Part shown: positions 10,280-19,993 of the stretch, one piece after another | Layout: each line of letters starts with the position of its first letter | Position numbering within the stretch: the first letter of the stretch is position 1 | Assembly: GCA_965242525.1 (NCBI GenBank) | Contig: OZ251459.1 | Coordinates: 1,952,001-2,016,000, forward strand | DNA from: an uncultured Candidatus Binatia bacterium | GTDB taxonomy: Bacteria > Desulfobacterota > Binatia > UBA9968 > JAJDTQ01 | DNA length: 64,000 nucleotides | Direction of reading: 5' to 3' | Notes under the pieces: generated by a model | The model's input: the letters and a program-made list of their open reading frames with translations, nothing else | What the model was told of the DNA's origin: nothing | Database searches by the model: none | Program-made: the position numbers and the translations under genes

Positions 10280-10301
10280 GGATCGGTTCTCCTTGCGGGG
10301 A

Positions 10302-10330
10302 ATCATAGCCGCGGACCGGCGCGGTTTCAA
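10302..10330 (-). promoter_or_regulatory. sigma70-like promoter for leuCD, TTGAAA-N17-TATGAT
   Basis: Sequence match followed by an AAGGAG RBS. Confidence 0.6.
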
Positions 10331-10345
10331 GCCGGGACCCGAGAC

Positions 10346-11080
10346 TCACTCGTAGCCGACCTCCACCAGGAACAGGCCCCGGGCCGGCGCGGTGGGGCCG
10401 GCGAGCCTCCGGTCGCGGCTCTCCATCAGGCCCGGGAGGCCGTCCGGGTCCCGCTCTCCCAGGCCCGTCTCCACCAGCGTGCCGACGATGTTCCTCACCA
10501 TGTGCCGGAGGTAGCCGGTGGCTTCGATACGATAGACCCAATGGTCCTCCCAGGGGTACAACTCGTTGCGGAACACCCGTCGCACCGGGGTGGCGGCGCC
10601 GCAGCCCGCGGCCCGGAAGCACGAGAAGTCGTGCTCTCCTTCCAGCGCGGCCAGGGCCCCGCGCATGGCGTCGATGCGCAAGGGCCGGGGGACGCGCCAT
10701 GCGTAGCGGTCGTGGAAGACCGAACGCCAGGGGCGGTCCCACAACCGGTACTCGTACACGCGCCGGGTGGCGTCCCTCCTGGGGTCGAAGGAAGCCGGCG
10801 CGGGCTCCGCGGCCTTCACCGTCAAGTCCGGCGGGGTGAGGGCGTTGAGGCCCTGCCGGAGCCGCGCCAAGTCCCGGCGGTCGGGGCAGACGAAGCTCGC
10901 CACCTGGCCCAGGGCGTGGACGCCGGCATCGGTGCGCCCGGACCCGCGGACCCGGACCGGCTGCCGCAGCAGCACGGCCAGGGCCTCTTCCAGCACGCCC
11001 TGGACGGTGGGTCCCCGGGGTTGGACCTGCCAGCCGCGGTAACCGGCGCCGTCGTACTCCAGGGTCAGTCGGACGTTCAT
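10346..11080 (-). CDS. truA: tRNA pseudouridine(38-40) synthase
   Basis: EYDG..Y.GWQ, GRTDAGVHA.GQ, MVRNIVG. Confidence 0.96.
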   Translation of the reverse strand: MNVRLTLEYDGAGYRGWQVQPRGPTVQGVLEEALAVLLRQPVRVRGSGRTDAGVHALGQVASFVCPDRRDLARLRQGLNALTPPDLTVKAAEPAPASFDPRRDATRRVYEYRLWDRPWRSVFHDRYAWRVPRPLRIDAMRGALAALEGEHDFSCFRAAGCGAATPVRRVFRNELYPWEDHWVYRIEATGYLRHMVRNIVGTLVETGLGERDPDGLPGLMESRDRRLAGPTAPARGLFLVEVGYE

Positions 11081-11129
11081 GGGCCCGGAGGACCGGCGCG
11101 CCCGTGCGGACCCCGGACGCCCCCGCCCG

Positions 11130-12152
11130 TCAGTGGTAGTCCCGGATCAGGATCTCCGCGACCTGCACCGCGTTGAGGGCCGCGCCCTTGCGCAGGTTGT
11201 CGCCCACCACCCAGAGGTTGAGGCCGTTGTCCACCGAGTCGTCTTCCCGGATGCGGCCCACGAACGTGGCGTCCTTGCCGGTCACCTCGGTGGCCAGCGG
11301 GTAGCCGTTGTCCTGGGGGTCGTCCTGGAGCAGCACCCCGGGGGCCTCCCTGAGGATGGCGCGGACGTCGCCCGCGGACAGCTTGGTGCGGGTCTCCACG
11401 TTGATGGACTCGGAGTGGCTGCAGAAAACCGGGACGCGCACCGCGGTGGCGGTGATGCGGATGTCCGGGTCGCCGAGGATCTTGCGCGTCTCCCGGATCA
11501 TCTTCATCTCTTCCCCGGTGTAGCCGTTGGGCAGGAACGAATCGATGTGGGGAATGCAGTTGAAGGCGATCCGGTGCGGGAACCGCTCGCATTCCACCTC
11601 CTGCCCGTTGAACAACGCCGCGGTCTGGCTCCCGAGCTCCTCCATGGCCTGCCGTCCGGCGCCGGACACCGACTGGTAGGTGGACACCACGATGCGGGTG
11701 ATCCCCGCGGCGTCGTACAGGGGCTTCAGGGCCACCACCATCTGGATGGTGGAGCAGTTGGGGTTGGCGATGATGCCCCGCCGGACGTGCCCGGCGATCT
11801 CCCGGGCGTTGACTTCCGGGACCACCAGCGGAACGTCGTCGTCCATGCGGAAACGGCTGGTGTTGTCGATGACCACCGCGCCCGCGTCCACCGCGGCCGG
11901 AGCATACCGGGCGCTCACCGACGAGCCCGCGGAGAACAGCGCGATGTCCACGTCGTCGAAGGAATCCTCGTCCAGGACCTCTACCGGAACCTGTCGGCCG
12001 CAGAACTCCAGCCGCTGGCCCGCGGACCTCTCGGAGGCCAGCAGCCGGAGCCGGTCCACCGGGAACGAACGTTCCGCGAGGATCTTCCGCATCTCCTCGC
12101 CCACCGCGCCCGTGGCCCCCACCACCGCGACGTTGTACTTGTCCTTGCCCAT
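11130..12152 (-). CDS. asd: Aspartate-semialdehyde dehydrogenase
   Basis: VVGATGAVG, ANPNCSTIQ, DNLRKGAALN. Confidence 0.97.
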   Translation of the reverse strand: MGKDKYNVAVVGATGAVGEEMRKILAERSFPVDRLRLLASERSAGQRLEFCGRQVPVEVLDEDSFDDVDIALFSAGSSVSARYAPAAVDAGAVVIDNTSRFRMDDDVPLVVPEVNAREIAGHVRRGIIANPNCSTIQMVVALKPLYDAAGITRIVVSTYQSVSGAGRQAMEELGSQTAALFNGQEVECERFPHRIAFNCIPHIDSFLPNGYTGEEMKMIRETRKILGDPDIRITATAVRVPVFCSHSESINVETRTKLSAGDVRAILREAPGVLLQDDPQDNGYPLATEVTGKDATFVGRIREDDSVDNGLNLWVVGDNLRKGAALNAVQVAEILIRDYH

Positions 12153-12154
12153 GG

Positions 12155-13246
12155 TCACCCGCGGCCCGCCGCGACCTCCCGCCGCACGAGGGAGCCCATC
12201 TCCCGGCACCCCACCGCCGAATCCTTGCCTTCGGCGATGTCCGGCGTGCGATGGCCGGCCTCGAGCACCCGCTCCACCGCCTGCTCGATGCAGTCCGCGG
12301 CGTCGCCCCGGTCGAAGGAATGGCGCAGCATGAGCGCCACGGTCAGGATGGCGGCCAGGGGATTGGCCTGGTCCTGCCCGGCGATGTCCGGGGCGCTGCC
12401 GTGCACCGGTTCGTACATGCCCACCGTGCCGCCGAGGCTGGCCGACGGCAGCATGCCGATGGAGCCCGTCAGCATGGCGGCCTCGTCGCTCAGGATGTCG
12501 CCGAACATGTTGGTGGTCACGATCACGTCGAACTGCTTCGGGTCCCGGATGAGCTGCATGGCGCAGTTGTCCACCAGCACGTGCTCGAGCTCCACGTCTC
12601 CGTAGCCCTCCTCACGGTGCACCCGGGTCACGACCTTGCGCCACAACTCCGTGGACTCCAGCACGTTGGCCTTGTCCACCGAGGTCACCCGGCGGCGCCG
12701 CCTGCGCGCGGCGTCGAAGGCCACCCTGGCGATCCTCTCGATCTCCGGGGTGGAATAGACCAGGGTGTTGACGCCGCGTTCGGTCCCGTCCGGCCCGGAG
12801 GTGACCCCCTTGGGCTGCCCGAAGTAGATGCCGCCGGTCAGCTCCCGGACCACCACCAGGTCGGTCCCCTGCACCACCTCGGGCTTGAGGGTGGAGGCCT
12901 GCGCCAGGGGCCCGAACAGCTTCACCGGCCGCAGGTTGGCGAACAGGCCCAACTCTTGGCGCAAGGCGAGCAGCGCCCGCTCGGGGCGGATGGAATAGTC
13001 CAGTCCGTCCCACTTGGGTCCGCCCATGGCGCCCAGGACCACCGCGTCGCCGGACTTGGCCAACCCGAGGACCTCGTCGGTCAGGGGCTTCCCGTGGACG
13101 TCGATGGAGGCTCCCCCCACCAACCCTTCCTCCACTTCCACGGCGAAGCCGAAGACCTCCGCGGCCTGCCGCAGCACCGCCAGGGCTTCCGCCGCCACTT
13201 CCGGGCCGATGCCGTCGCCCGGAAGCACCGTAACCTTGTGGCTCAT
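12155..13246 (-). CDS. leuB: 3-isopropylmalate dehydrogenase
   Basis: [31 protein letters not shown]. Confidence 0.97.
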   Translation of the reverse strand: MSHKVTVLPGDGIGPEVAAEALAVLRQAAEVFGFAVEVEEGLVGGASIDVHGKPLTDEVLGLAKSGDAVVLGAMGGPKWDGLDYSIRPERALLALRQELGLFANLRPVKLFGPLAQASTLKPEVVQGTDLVVVRELTGGIYFGQPKGVTSGPDGTERGVNTLVYSTPEIERIARVAFDAARRRRRRVTSVDKANVLESTELWRKVVTRVHREEGYGDVELEHVLVDNCAMQLIRDPKQFDVIVTTNMFGDILSDEAAMLTGSIGMLPSASLGGTVGMYEPVHGSAPDIAGQDQANPLAAILTVALMLRHSFDRGDAADCIEQAVERVLEAGHRTPDIAEGKDSAVGCREMGSLVRREVAAGRG

Positions 13247-14799
13247 GGCCCCCCCTCCACCGGGACTTGGCGGTGACGCTTGCGGTACTCCAGGCGATTC
13301 AGGGCGTTCACGTACGCCAGGGCGCTCGCCATGATGATGTCGGTGTGGGAACCCTTCCCGGTGATCTGGACGTCCTTGTCCTGGAGCATGCACGATACCT
13401 CGCCCTGGGCGTCGGTGCCGCCGGTGACGCTCGACACCGAATAGCGCCGCAGCCTCGCATGGCTGCCGGAAAGCCGGGCGATGGCTTTATAGCACGCATC
13501 CACCACCCCGTCACCCGTGTCGTGGGCCACCCGCTCGTTGCCGTCCACCCGCATCCGCACCGTGGCCGACGGAACCGCGGACGAGCTCGACGCGATGTTC
13601 ATATAGACCAGCTCGTAGCGGTCCGGCTGGCTCGGTATCCGCAGCACCTCGTCGGCCACCAGGGCCTCGATGTCCTCGTCGAAGACCTCCTTCTTCTTGT
13701 CGGCGAGCTGCTTGAACCGCTCGAAGGCCCGGTTCACCTCGTCCTTGTTGAGCGTGAAGCCCAAATGCTTGAGCCTTTCGCCGAAGGCGTGCCGGCCGGA
13801 GTGCTTGCCCATGACCAGCCGGTTGCCGCTGATGCCGATGGTCTCCGGCTTCATGATCTCGTAGGTGAGCTTCTGCTTCAGCACGCCGTCCTGGTGGATC
13901 CCCGCCTCGTGGGCGAAGGCGTTGTCCCCCACGATGGGCTTGTTCAAGGGGACCACGATGCCGGTGACCTGGGACAGCAGGCGCGACGTGGGGTAGATCT
14001 GCTCGGTGCGGACGTTGGTGTCCAGGTGGAAGACCGACCGCCGCGTCTTCAACGCCATGACCACCTCTTCCAGCGACGTGTTGCCGGCCCGCTCGCCGAT
14101 GCCGTTCACCGTGCACTCCACCTGGCGCACGCCGTTGACCACTGCGGACAGGGAGTTGGCCACGGCCAGGCCCAGGTCGTTGTGGCAGTGGGCGCTCCAG
14201 GTGACCTCGTCCGAACCCTCCACGCGGTCGATCAGATACCGCACCAGCTCCCCGAACTCGGAGGGTATGGCGTAGCCCGTGGTGTCCGGGATGTTGAGGG
14301 TCCTGGCGCCGGCCTTGACGGCCTCGCCGAAGACCTGCGCCAGGAAGTCCGGGTCGCTGCGCGAAGCGTCCTCGGCCGAGAACTCCACGTAGTCCAGGTG
14401 CTTCCGGGCGTACCGGACGGCCGCCCCCACCGCGTCCAGCACCTCGCTGCGGCCCATCCGGAGCTTGTGCTTCAGGTGGATGTCCGAGGTGGCGATGAAG
14501 GTGTGGAGGCCGGGCCTGCGCGCCCCTTCCACCGCCTTGACGGCCTTCCGGATGTCGCCCTGCTGGGCCCTCGCAAGGCTCAGGACGATGGGCCGCCGGA
14601 CGGCCTTGCACACCTGCGCCACCGATTCGAAGTCCCCCGGCGACGAAGCGGCGAAGCCCGCCTCGATGACGTCCACCCCGAGCTTCTCCAGTTGCCGCGC
14701 GACGAGGACCTTCTCGTCGATGTTCATGCTGGCCCCGGGCGACTGCTCGCCGTCCCTGAGGGTGGTATCGAAGATCTTTACGACGTCCTTGGCGCCCAT
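13243..14799 (-). CDS. leuA: 2-isopropylmalate synthase
   Basis: [29 protein letters not shown]-terminal regulatory domain. Confidence 0.97.
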   Translation of the reverse strand: MGAKDVVKIFDTTLRDGEQSPGASMNIDEKVLVARQLEKLGVDVIEAGFAASSPGDFESVAQVCKAVRRPIVLSLARAQQGDIRKAVKAVEGARRPGLHTFIATSDIHLKHKLRMGRSEVLDAVGAAVRYARKHLDYVEFSAEDASRSDPDFLAQVFGEAVKAGARTLNIPDTTGYAIPSEFGELVRYLIDRVEGSDEVTWSAHCHNDLGLAVANSLSAVVNGVRQVECTVNGIGERAGNTSLEEVVMALKTRRSVFHLDTNVRTEQIYPTSRLLSQVTGIVVPLNKPIVGDNAFAHEAGIHQDGVLKQKLTYEIMKPETIGISGNRLVMGKHSGRHAFGERLKHLGFTLNKDEVNRAFERFKQLADKKKEVFDEDIEALVADEVLRIPSQPDRYELVYMNIASSSSAVPSATVRMRVDGNERVAHDTGDGVVDACYKAIARLSGSHARLRRYSVSSVTGGTDAQGEVSCMLQDKDVQITGKGSHTDIIMASALAYVNALNRLEYRKRHRQVPVEGGP

Positions 14800-14812
14800 G
14801 GTCTCCCTCCTC

Positions 14813-14846
14813 AAAAAAAAACTCCCGCGGAGGTCCGGCGGGAGTT
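14813..14846 (-). terminator. Intrinsic terminator directly upstream of the leuA RBS (probable attenuator)
   Basis: mRNA AACUCCCGC-cggaccucc-GCGGGAGUU; the final UU of the stem begins a run of 9 U. Confidence 0.85.
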
Positions 14847-14876
14847 CGAGTCATGCGAGCTGGTTCTGCTTCCTGG

Positions 14877-15713
14877 TCAGGCCTGGGCGAGCGCCCGCTC
14901 TTCCCTCCGTCGCTCCCGCACGGCGAGCAACCATAGTAAGGGACCCGATAAGGTGTACAGCAATAGCGCCGAGAACAACACGATCTGCCACATGGCGATG
15001 GCCAGTATAACGACTGCCAACGCGGAAAGCAACAACCAAATGGTGCTGCGCTTCTTGAAGTGGTGCTGCTTCAGGCTGGAGTAGCGGAAGTTGCTGACCA
15101 TCAGGCCTGCCAGCGCGCACGCCGCCGCCATGAACACCAAGGGCTTGGCGTCCGCGTCCTCGAGCCCCAGCATGGACCAGATGAAGACGAAGGCGGCGAC
15201 CATGGCCGCGGCCGCGGGGATGGGCAAGCCGGTGAAGTAGCTCTTCTCCGCCGACAGCGTCTGGACGTTGAAACGCGCCAGGCGCAAGGCCCCGCAAACG
15301 GCGAACAGGGCGGCCCCGATACCGCCCCAGGCGCCCCAGGGGGCCAGCGCGAAGACGTACGCGAGCACCGCGGGCGCGACGCCGAACGAGACCACGTCGG
15401 CCAGCGAATCGAACTCGACCCCGAACCGGCTGGCGGTATGGGTCAGCCTGGCCACCGCGCCGTCCACCCCGTCCAGCAGGTTCGCGGCCAAAATCAACAG
15501 GGCCGCCCGGTGGTGCTCGCCGTCGAAGGCGAAGAGGACGGCGAAGACGCCGCAGAAGAGGTTGCCCGCGGTGAACAGGCTGGGGAGGAGGAAGATGCCC
15601 CGGCGCAGCCGGTGGGCCGGATTGCGGCGCTTCCCGCGGCTCCGCCGGATCTTTCCCCGGGGGATCAGGCGGACCTTCCGCAACCGCGCGTCCTGGTTTC
15701 CGGAACGTTCCAT
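14877..15713 (-). CDS. pssA: CDP-diacylglycerol--serine O-phosphatidyltransferase
   Basis: LPSLFT, DGVDGAVAR...FG..FDSLAD..SFGVAP, RLARFN, GLPIP. Confidence 0.95.
   Translation of the reverse strand: MERSGNQDARLRKVRLIPRGKIRRSRGKRRNPAHRLRRGIFLLPSLFTAGNLFCGVFAVLFAFDGEHHRAALLILAANLLDGVDGAVARLTHTASRFGVEFDSLADVVSFGVAPAVLAYVFALAPWGAWGGIGAALFAVCGALRLARFNVQTLSAEKSYFTGLPIPAAAAMVAAFVFIWSMLGLEDADAKPLVFMAAACALAGLMVSNFRYSSLKQHHFKKRSTIWLLLSALAVVILAIAMWQIVLFSALLLYTLSGPLLWLLAVRERRREERALAQA
15004..15032 (-). promoter_or_regulatory. sigma70-like promoter inside pssA, TTGCTT-N17-TATACT
   Basis: Exact 17-nt spacing, formed from AT-rich codons atypical for this window. Confidence 0.65.
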
Positions 15714-15720
15714 GGCCCCG

Positions 15721-16320
15721 TCAGAGCCTCGCCACGACGGTTTCCCCGCTGCGCACCCGCTGGCCGGGACGCACCTCCACCGCGGCCCCGGGGGGCAGGC
15801 GCAGGTCCACGCGGGAGCCGAACATGATCAGGCCGAAGCGCTCGCCCTTCCGCAACGGGTCTCCCGGGCCCACGTCGCAAACGATGCGGCGGGCGAGGAA
15901 GCCCGCGATCTGCACCACCTGGAGGGTCTTTCCCGAATCCTCCACGAACTCGACCACGTTGCGCTCGTTCTCGTCGGACGCCTTGCCCCGGTTGGCGGCG
16001 AAGAAACGGCCCGGACGGTAGCGGACGTCCTGCACCCGTCCGTTCATGGGGGCCCGGTTGACGTGTACGTCCAGGGGCGAGAGGAAGATGCTGAGCCTGC
16101 GGCCCTCGTCGCTCACCTCCACGACCTTGCCGTCCGCCGGCGACACCACCACCCCGTCCCCGTCCGGGGCGGTCCGCTCCGGGTCCCGGAAGAACCCCGC
16201 AAGGGCCAACGCCGCGGCCGCCAAGGCAACGCCGGCCGCGAGCCAGCCCGCGGCCAGAGCCGCGGCCGCCAGGGCCGACGCAACGAATACGAACCGGTAG
16301 CCTTCCCTTGCGATCCGGAT
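15721..16320 (-). CDS. psd: Phosphatidylserine decarboxylase proenzyme (probable ATC start)
   Basis: FFRDPER, SPADG, HVNRAP, FGSRVD cleavage motif; GGGGAGG RBS 5 nt before ATC. Confidence 0.9.
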   Translation of the reverse strand: MRIAREGYRFVFVASALAAAALAAGWLAAGVALAAAALALAGFFRDPERTAPDGDGVVVSPADGKVVEVSDEGRRLSIFLSPLDVHVNRAPMNGRVQDVRYRPGRFFAANRGKASDENERNVVEFVEDSGKTLQVVQIAGFLARRIVCDVGPGDPLRKGERFGLIMFGSRVDLRLPPGAAVEVRPGQRVRSGETVVARL

Positions 16321-16376
16321 GGGAGCCTCCCCGCGAAACCGTGCGGCCTCCCTCCGAGGGAGGGGACCCGCACGGC

Positions 16377-17393
16377 CTAGTTCCTGCTCTTGTCCACCAA
16401 CCGGTCCTCCGCCAGCCACGGCATCATGGACCTGAGCTGCTCGCCCACCTTCTCGATGGGATGGCTGCGCGACGCCTGGCGCAGCTCGTCGAAGCGCGCC
16501 GACCCCGAACGGTGCTCGGCCATCCACTCGTCGGCGAACTTCCCGGACTGGATGTCCGCCAGGATATCCTTCATGACCTTGCGCGTGCCCTCCCCGACGA
16601 TGCGCCTGCCCCGGGTGAGGTCGCCGTACTCCGCGGTGTTGCTCACCGAGTAGCGCATGTTGGCCAAGCCGCCTTCATAGATCAGGTCCACGATCAGCTT
16701 GACCTCGTGGCAGCACTCGAAATAGGCCATCTCCGGAGGGTAACCCGCCTCCACCAGGGTCTCGTAGCCCGCCTGGATCAGCGACGTGAGGCCGCCGCAC
16801 AGCACCGTCTGCTCGCCGAACAGGTCGGTCTCCGTCTCGTCCTTGAAGGTGGTCTCGATGACCGCGGCCCGGGCCCCGCCGATGGCCGCGGCGTAGGCCA
16901 GCCCCACGGAGCGGGTGTCTCCGGACGGGTCCTGCTCGATGGCCAACAGGCAGGGCACCCCCCTGCCCCGCTCGAACTCGCTCCGCACCAGGTGGCCGGG
17001 GCCCTTGGGCGCCACCATGAAGACGTTGACGTCCTCGGGCGGCGCCACCCGCTTGAAGTGGATGTTGAAGCCGTGCCCGAAGGCCAGGTAGTTCCCCGGC
17101 CGGAGACCCGGCCGGATGACCTGTTCGTACGCTTCGCCCTGGAGCTCGTCCGGCAGCAGGACCATCACCACGTCCCCCGCTTCCGCGGCCTCCGCGGTCT
17201 CCATCACCGCCAGGCCCGCCTCCGCGGCCTTGGCCCAGGAGGCGCTGTCGCGCCGCAGCCCCACCACCACGTCCACGCCCGAGTCGCGCAGGTTGCTCGC
17301 GTGGGCGTGCCCCTGGCTGCCGTAACCGAGCACGGTCACCTTGCGGTCGCGGATCCGGTCCAGGTCCGCGTCCCGGTCATAGTAAACCTGCAT
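16377..17393 (-). CDS. ilvC: Ketol-acid reductoisomerase
   Basis: [26 protein letters not shown]. Confidence 0.98.
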   Translation of the reverse strand: MQVYYDRDADLDRIRDRKVTVLGYGSQGHAHASNLRDSGVDVVVGLRRDSASWAKAAEAGLAVMETAEAAEAGDVVMVLLPDELQGEAYEQVIRPGLRPGNYLAFGHGFNIHFKRVAPPEDVNVFMVAPKGPGHLVRSEFERGRGVPCLLAIEQDPSGDTRSVGLAYAAAIGGARAAVIETTFKDETETDLFGEQTVLCGGLTSLIQAGYETLVEAGYPPEMAYFECCHEVKLIVDLIYEGGLANMRYSVSNTAEYGDLTRGRRIVGEGTRKVMKDILADIQSGKFADEWMAEHRSGSARFDELRQASRSHPIEKVGEQLRSMMPWLAEDRLVDKSRN

Positions 17394-17417
17394 GATCAAC
17401 CTCCCTGCGGGCAGCGG

Positions 17418-17897
17418 TCACAGCGGTTCCCGCGTGATGGCGATCCGGCCGGTGCGAACGATCTCCTTGATGCCCATGGGCTTCAACAGATGGATCACCG
17501 CCTGGATCTTCCGGGCGTCCCCCGACACCTCCAGTGTGTAGGTCTGGGGCGTCGAATCGACCACATGGGCGCGGAATATGTGCGCGATCCTCATGGCTTC
17601 GTCCCGTTGCGCGGGCTTGGCCAGGATCTTGATGAGCGCCGTTTCCCGGTCGATGTGGTCTTCCTCGGTCAGGTCCACGACCTTCAGGACCTCGATGACC
17701 TTGTTGAGCTGCTTCATGATCTGCTCGATGATGTCCTCGTCGCCCGAGGTCACCACCGTGATCATGGAGATGCTGGAGTCCGGCGTCGGCGCCACCGAAA
17801 GGCTCTCGATGTTGTAGCCCCGGGCGCTGAACAGGCCGGCCACCCGCGCCAGCACCCCGGCCTTGTTCTCCACCAGAACGGAGATGATGTGTTCCAT
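17418..17897 (-). CDS. ilvN: Acetolactate synthase small subunit
   Basis: LVENKAGVL.RV.GLFSARGYNIESL, E.VRTG. Confidence 0.96.
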   Translation of the reverse strand: MEHIISVLVENKAGVLARVAGLFSARGYNIESLSVAPTPDSSISMITVVTSGDEDIIEQIMKQLNKVIEVLKVVDLTEEDHIDRETALIKILAKPAQRDEAMRIAHIFRAHVVDSTPQTYTLEVSGDARKIQAVIHLLKPMGIKEIVRTGRIAITREPL

Positions 17898-17909
17898 CCG
17901 TCCGAACCC

Positions 17910-19685
17910 CTACGCCGGCAGGACGGCGTCCGCATCCTCTCCCTTTTTCCGTGTGGTCTTGCGCGCGGTCTTCAGTTGCGGCGGGTCCTCCAGCACCATC
18001 TCGTGCTGGGCGCCCCCGGCCGGGATCATCGGGTAGCAGTTCTCGAACCGGTCGATGGCGAAGTTCATCAGCACCGGGCCCTTGTGCCGGAGCCCTTCCT
18101 TCAGCACCGCTTCCACGTCCGCGGGTCCGTCCGAGTGGAGCCCGAGTATGCCGTAGGCCTCGGCGAGCTTGACGAAATCGGGGATGGCCCCCAGGTCGCT
18201 GGAGGCGTAGCGCCCGTCGTAGAAGAGGTCCTGCCATTGCCGCACCATGCCGTGGAACTGGTTGTTGAGCAGGACGACCTTGACCGGCAGCTTGTGGACG
18301 GCCGCCACCGCCAGCTCCTGCAGGTTCATCTGGAAGCTGCCTTCGCTGGTGATGCACAGCACGGTCTTGTTGGGGTACGCCTTCTGCGCGCCCAGGGCGG
18401 CCGGGAACCCGAAACCCATGGTGCCCAGCCCCCCCGAGGTCAGGAAGGTGCGCTGGGCGGCGCCCTTGAAGTACTGGGCGGCCCACATCTGGTGTTGCCC
18501 CACGTCGGTGACCACGATGGCCTTGTGCCGGGTGAGCTCGTAGGCCTTCTCGATGACGTACTGGGGCTTGGTCTGCTTCTTGCCTTCCTGCTGGTAGGCC
18601 AGCGGATGCTCCGCGGCCCACGCATGGACCTGCCGGAGCCAGGGCCTCCGCTGGGCCTTGACGCTGTCGGGGTCCCCGTCCATGGAGCTCAGCACGTTCA
18701 CCAGCTCCCGCAGCACCGTCTTCACGTCGCCCACGATGGGGATGTGGGCATGCACGTTCTTCTTGATGGAGGTGGGGTCGATGTCGATGTGGATGACCCG
18801 CGCGCGGGGCGAGAACTCGGACAGCTTGCCGGTCACCCGGTCGTCGAACCGGGCGCCCACAGCGATCAGCAGGTCGGCCTCGTGCATGGCCATGTTGGCG
18901 CAATAGGTGCCGTGCATGCCCAACATGCCCATGCACAGGGGGTGGGTTCCGGGAAAGGCCCCCAACCCCATCACCGTCATGGTCACCGGTACCTGGGTCA
19001 GGTCCGCGAACTCGCGCACCTCGTTGGCCGCGCCGGAAAAGATCGCGCCGCCGCCCGCGTAGATCACCGGCCTCCTGGCCTTCAGGATCTCCTGGGCCGC
19101 CTGCTTGATCTGGTGGCGGTTGCCCGACACCGTGGGGCGGTATCCCCGGAGGGCCACCTTGTCGGGATACCGGAACTCCGCGGACTCGGTGCTCACGTCC
19201 TTGGGGATGTCCACCAGCACCGGACCCGGACGCCCGGTGTTGGCGATGTAGAACGCCTCCTTGATGACGGTGGCGAGCTCGGACACGTCCTTCACCAGCA
19301 CGTTGTGCTTGGTGCAGGGACGGCTGATGCCGATGTTGTCGGCTTCCTGGAACGCGTCGTTGCCGATGAGGTTGGTGGGGACCTGCCCGGTGAAGGCCAC
19401 CAGCGGCACGGAGTCCATCATGGCGTCCGCCAGGCCCGTCACGATGTTGGTCATGCCCGGGCCCGAGGTCACCAGCGCCACCCCCGCCCTGCCCGTGGCC
19501 TTGGCGTAGCCCTCGGCCATGTGCACCGCGCCCTGCTCGTGCCGGGTCAGGACCACCTCCACGTCCTCCTGCTGGTGCAGGACGTCGAACAGCTTGAGGA
19601 CCACTCCTCCGGGGATGCCGAAGATGGTCTTCACCCCCTCGCGCTTGAGCGACTCGACGAATATCTCCGACCCGTTCAACCTCAT
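17910..19685 (-). CDS. ilvB: Acetolactate synthase large subunit
   Basis: RHEQGA, TSGPG, GMHG, RFDDRVTG, SGGLGTMG, GMVRQWQ. Confidence 0.97.
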   Translation of the reverse strand: MRLNGSEIFVESLKREGVKTIFGIPGGVVLKLFDVLHQQEDVEVVLTRHEQGAVHMAEGYAKATGRAGVALVTSGPGMTNIVTGLADAMMDSVPLVAFTGQVPTNLIGNDAFQEADNIGISRPCTKHNVLVKDVSELATVIKEAFYIANTGRPGPVLVDIPKDVSTESAEFRYPDKVALRGYRPTVSGNRHQIKQAAQEILKARRPVIYAGGGAIFSGAANEVREFADLTQVPVTMTVMGLGAFPGTHPLCMGMLGMHGTYCANMAMHEADLLIAVGARFDDRVTGKLSEFSPRARVIHIDIDPTSIKKNVHAHIPIVGDVKTVLRELVNVLSSMDGDPDSVKAQRRPWLRQVHAWAAEHPLAYQQEGKKQTKPQYVIEKAYELTRHKAIVVTDVGQHQMWAAQYFKGAAQRTFLTSGGLGTMGFGFPAALGAQKAYPNKTVLCITSEGSFQMNLQELAVAAVHKLPVKVVLLNNQFHGMVRQWQDLFYDGRYASSDLGAIPDFVKLAEAYGILGLHSDGPADVEAVLKEGLRHKGPVLMNFAIDRFENCYPMIPAGGAQHEMVLEDPPQLKTARKTTRKKGEDADAVLPA

Positions 19686-19697
19686 GGCTCTCTCCCG

Positions 19698-19925
19698 TCA
19701 GCTCGCCGGCTTGTACTTGCCGAGGATCTCCATGATCTTGTCCTTGCCCACGAGCTTCCGCTTCTGGATGCGTTTCTTCTCCATCTCCTCTTCGGGAGAC
19801 AGGTAACCCTTGTCGTGCAAGTCCACCAACTGCTTCTCGTACTCCAGGTGCTCTTCGTAGTATTTGCGCAATTCCGGGTCCTTATCCAAGACAGAGGCAA
19901 TCATCCGCTCCTCTCTCTCCTCCAT
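19698..19925 (-). CDS. DUF465 (YdcH-like) small coiled-coil protein
   Basis: 75 aa, EH..YE..L, K.RKL.GKD.I motif; CAGGAGG RBS. Confidence 0.8.
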   Translation of the reverse strand: MEEREERMIASVLDKDPELRKYYEEHLEYEKQLVDLHDKGYLSPEEEMEKKRIQKRKLVGKDKIMEILGKYKPAS

Positions 19926-19964
19926 TGGACGACCTCCTGACGGGTGTGTTGGGGCAAACGGAAA

Positions 19965-19993
19965 AATCTATCCAACGCCCGCTCCTTTGTCAA
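19965..19993 (-). promoter_or_regulatory. sigma70-like promoter for the ilv operon, TTGACA-N17-TAGATT
   Basis: -35 box overlaps the tsaB stop codon. Confidence 0.65.

Noticed and set aside
8252-10330. Apparent 692-aa LeuC-LeuD fusion
   Set aside because: The middle is off-frame leuC sequence produced by the frameshift at 9781; leuD has its own start
14877-16320. psd-pssA located inside the ilv-leu operon as a novelty in itself
   Set aside because: I recall this gene order from other deltaproteobacteria; only the embedded attenuator and the ATC start are reported
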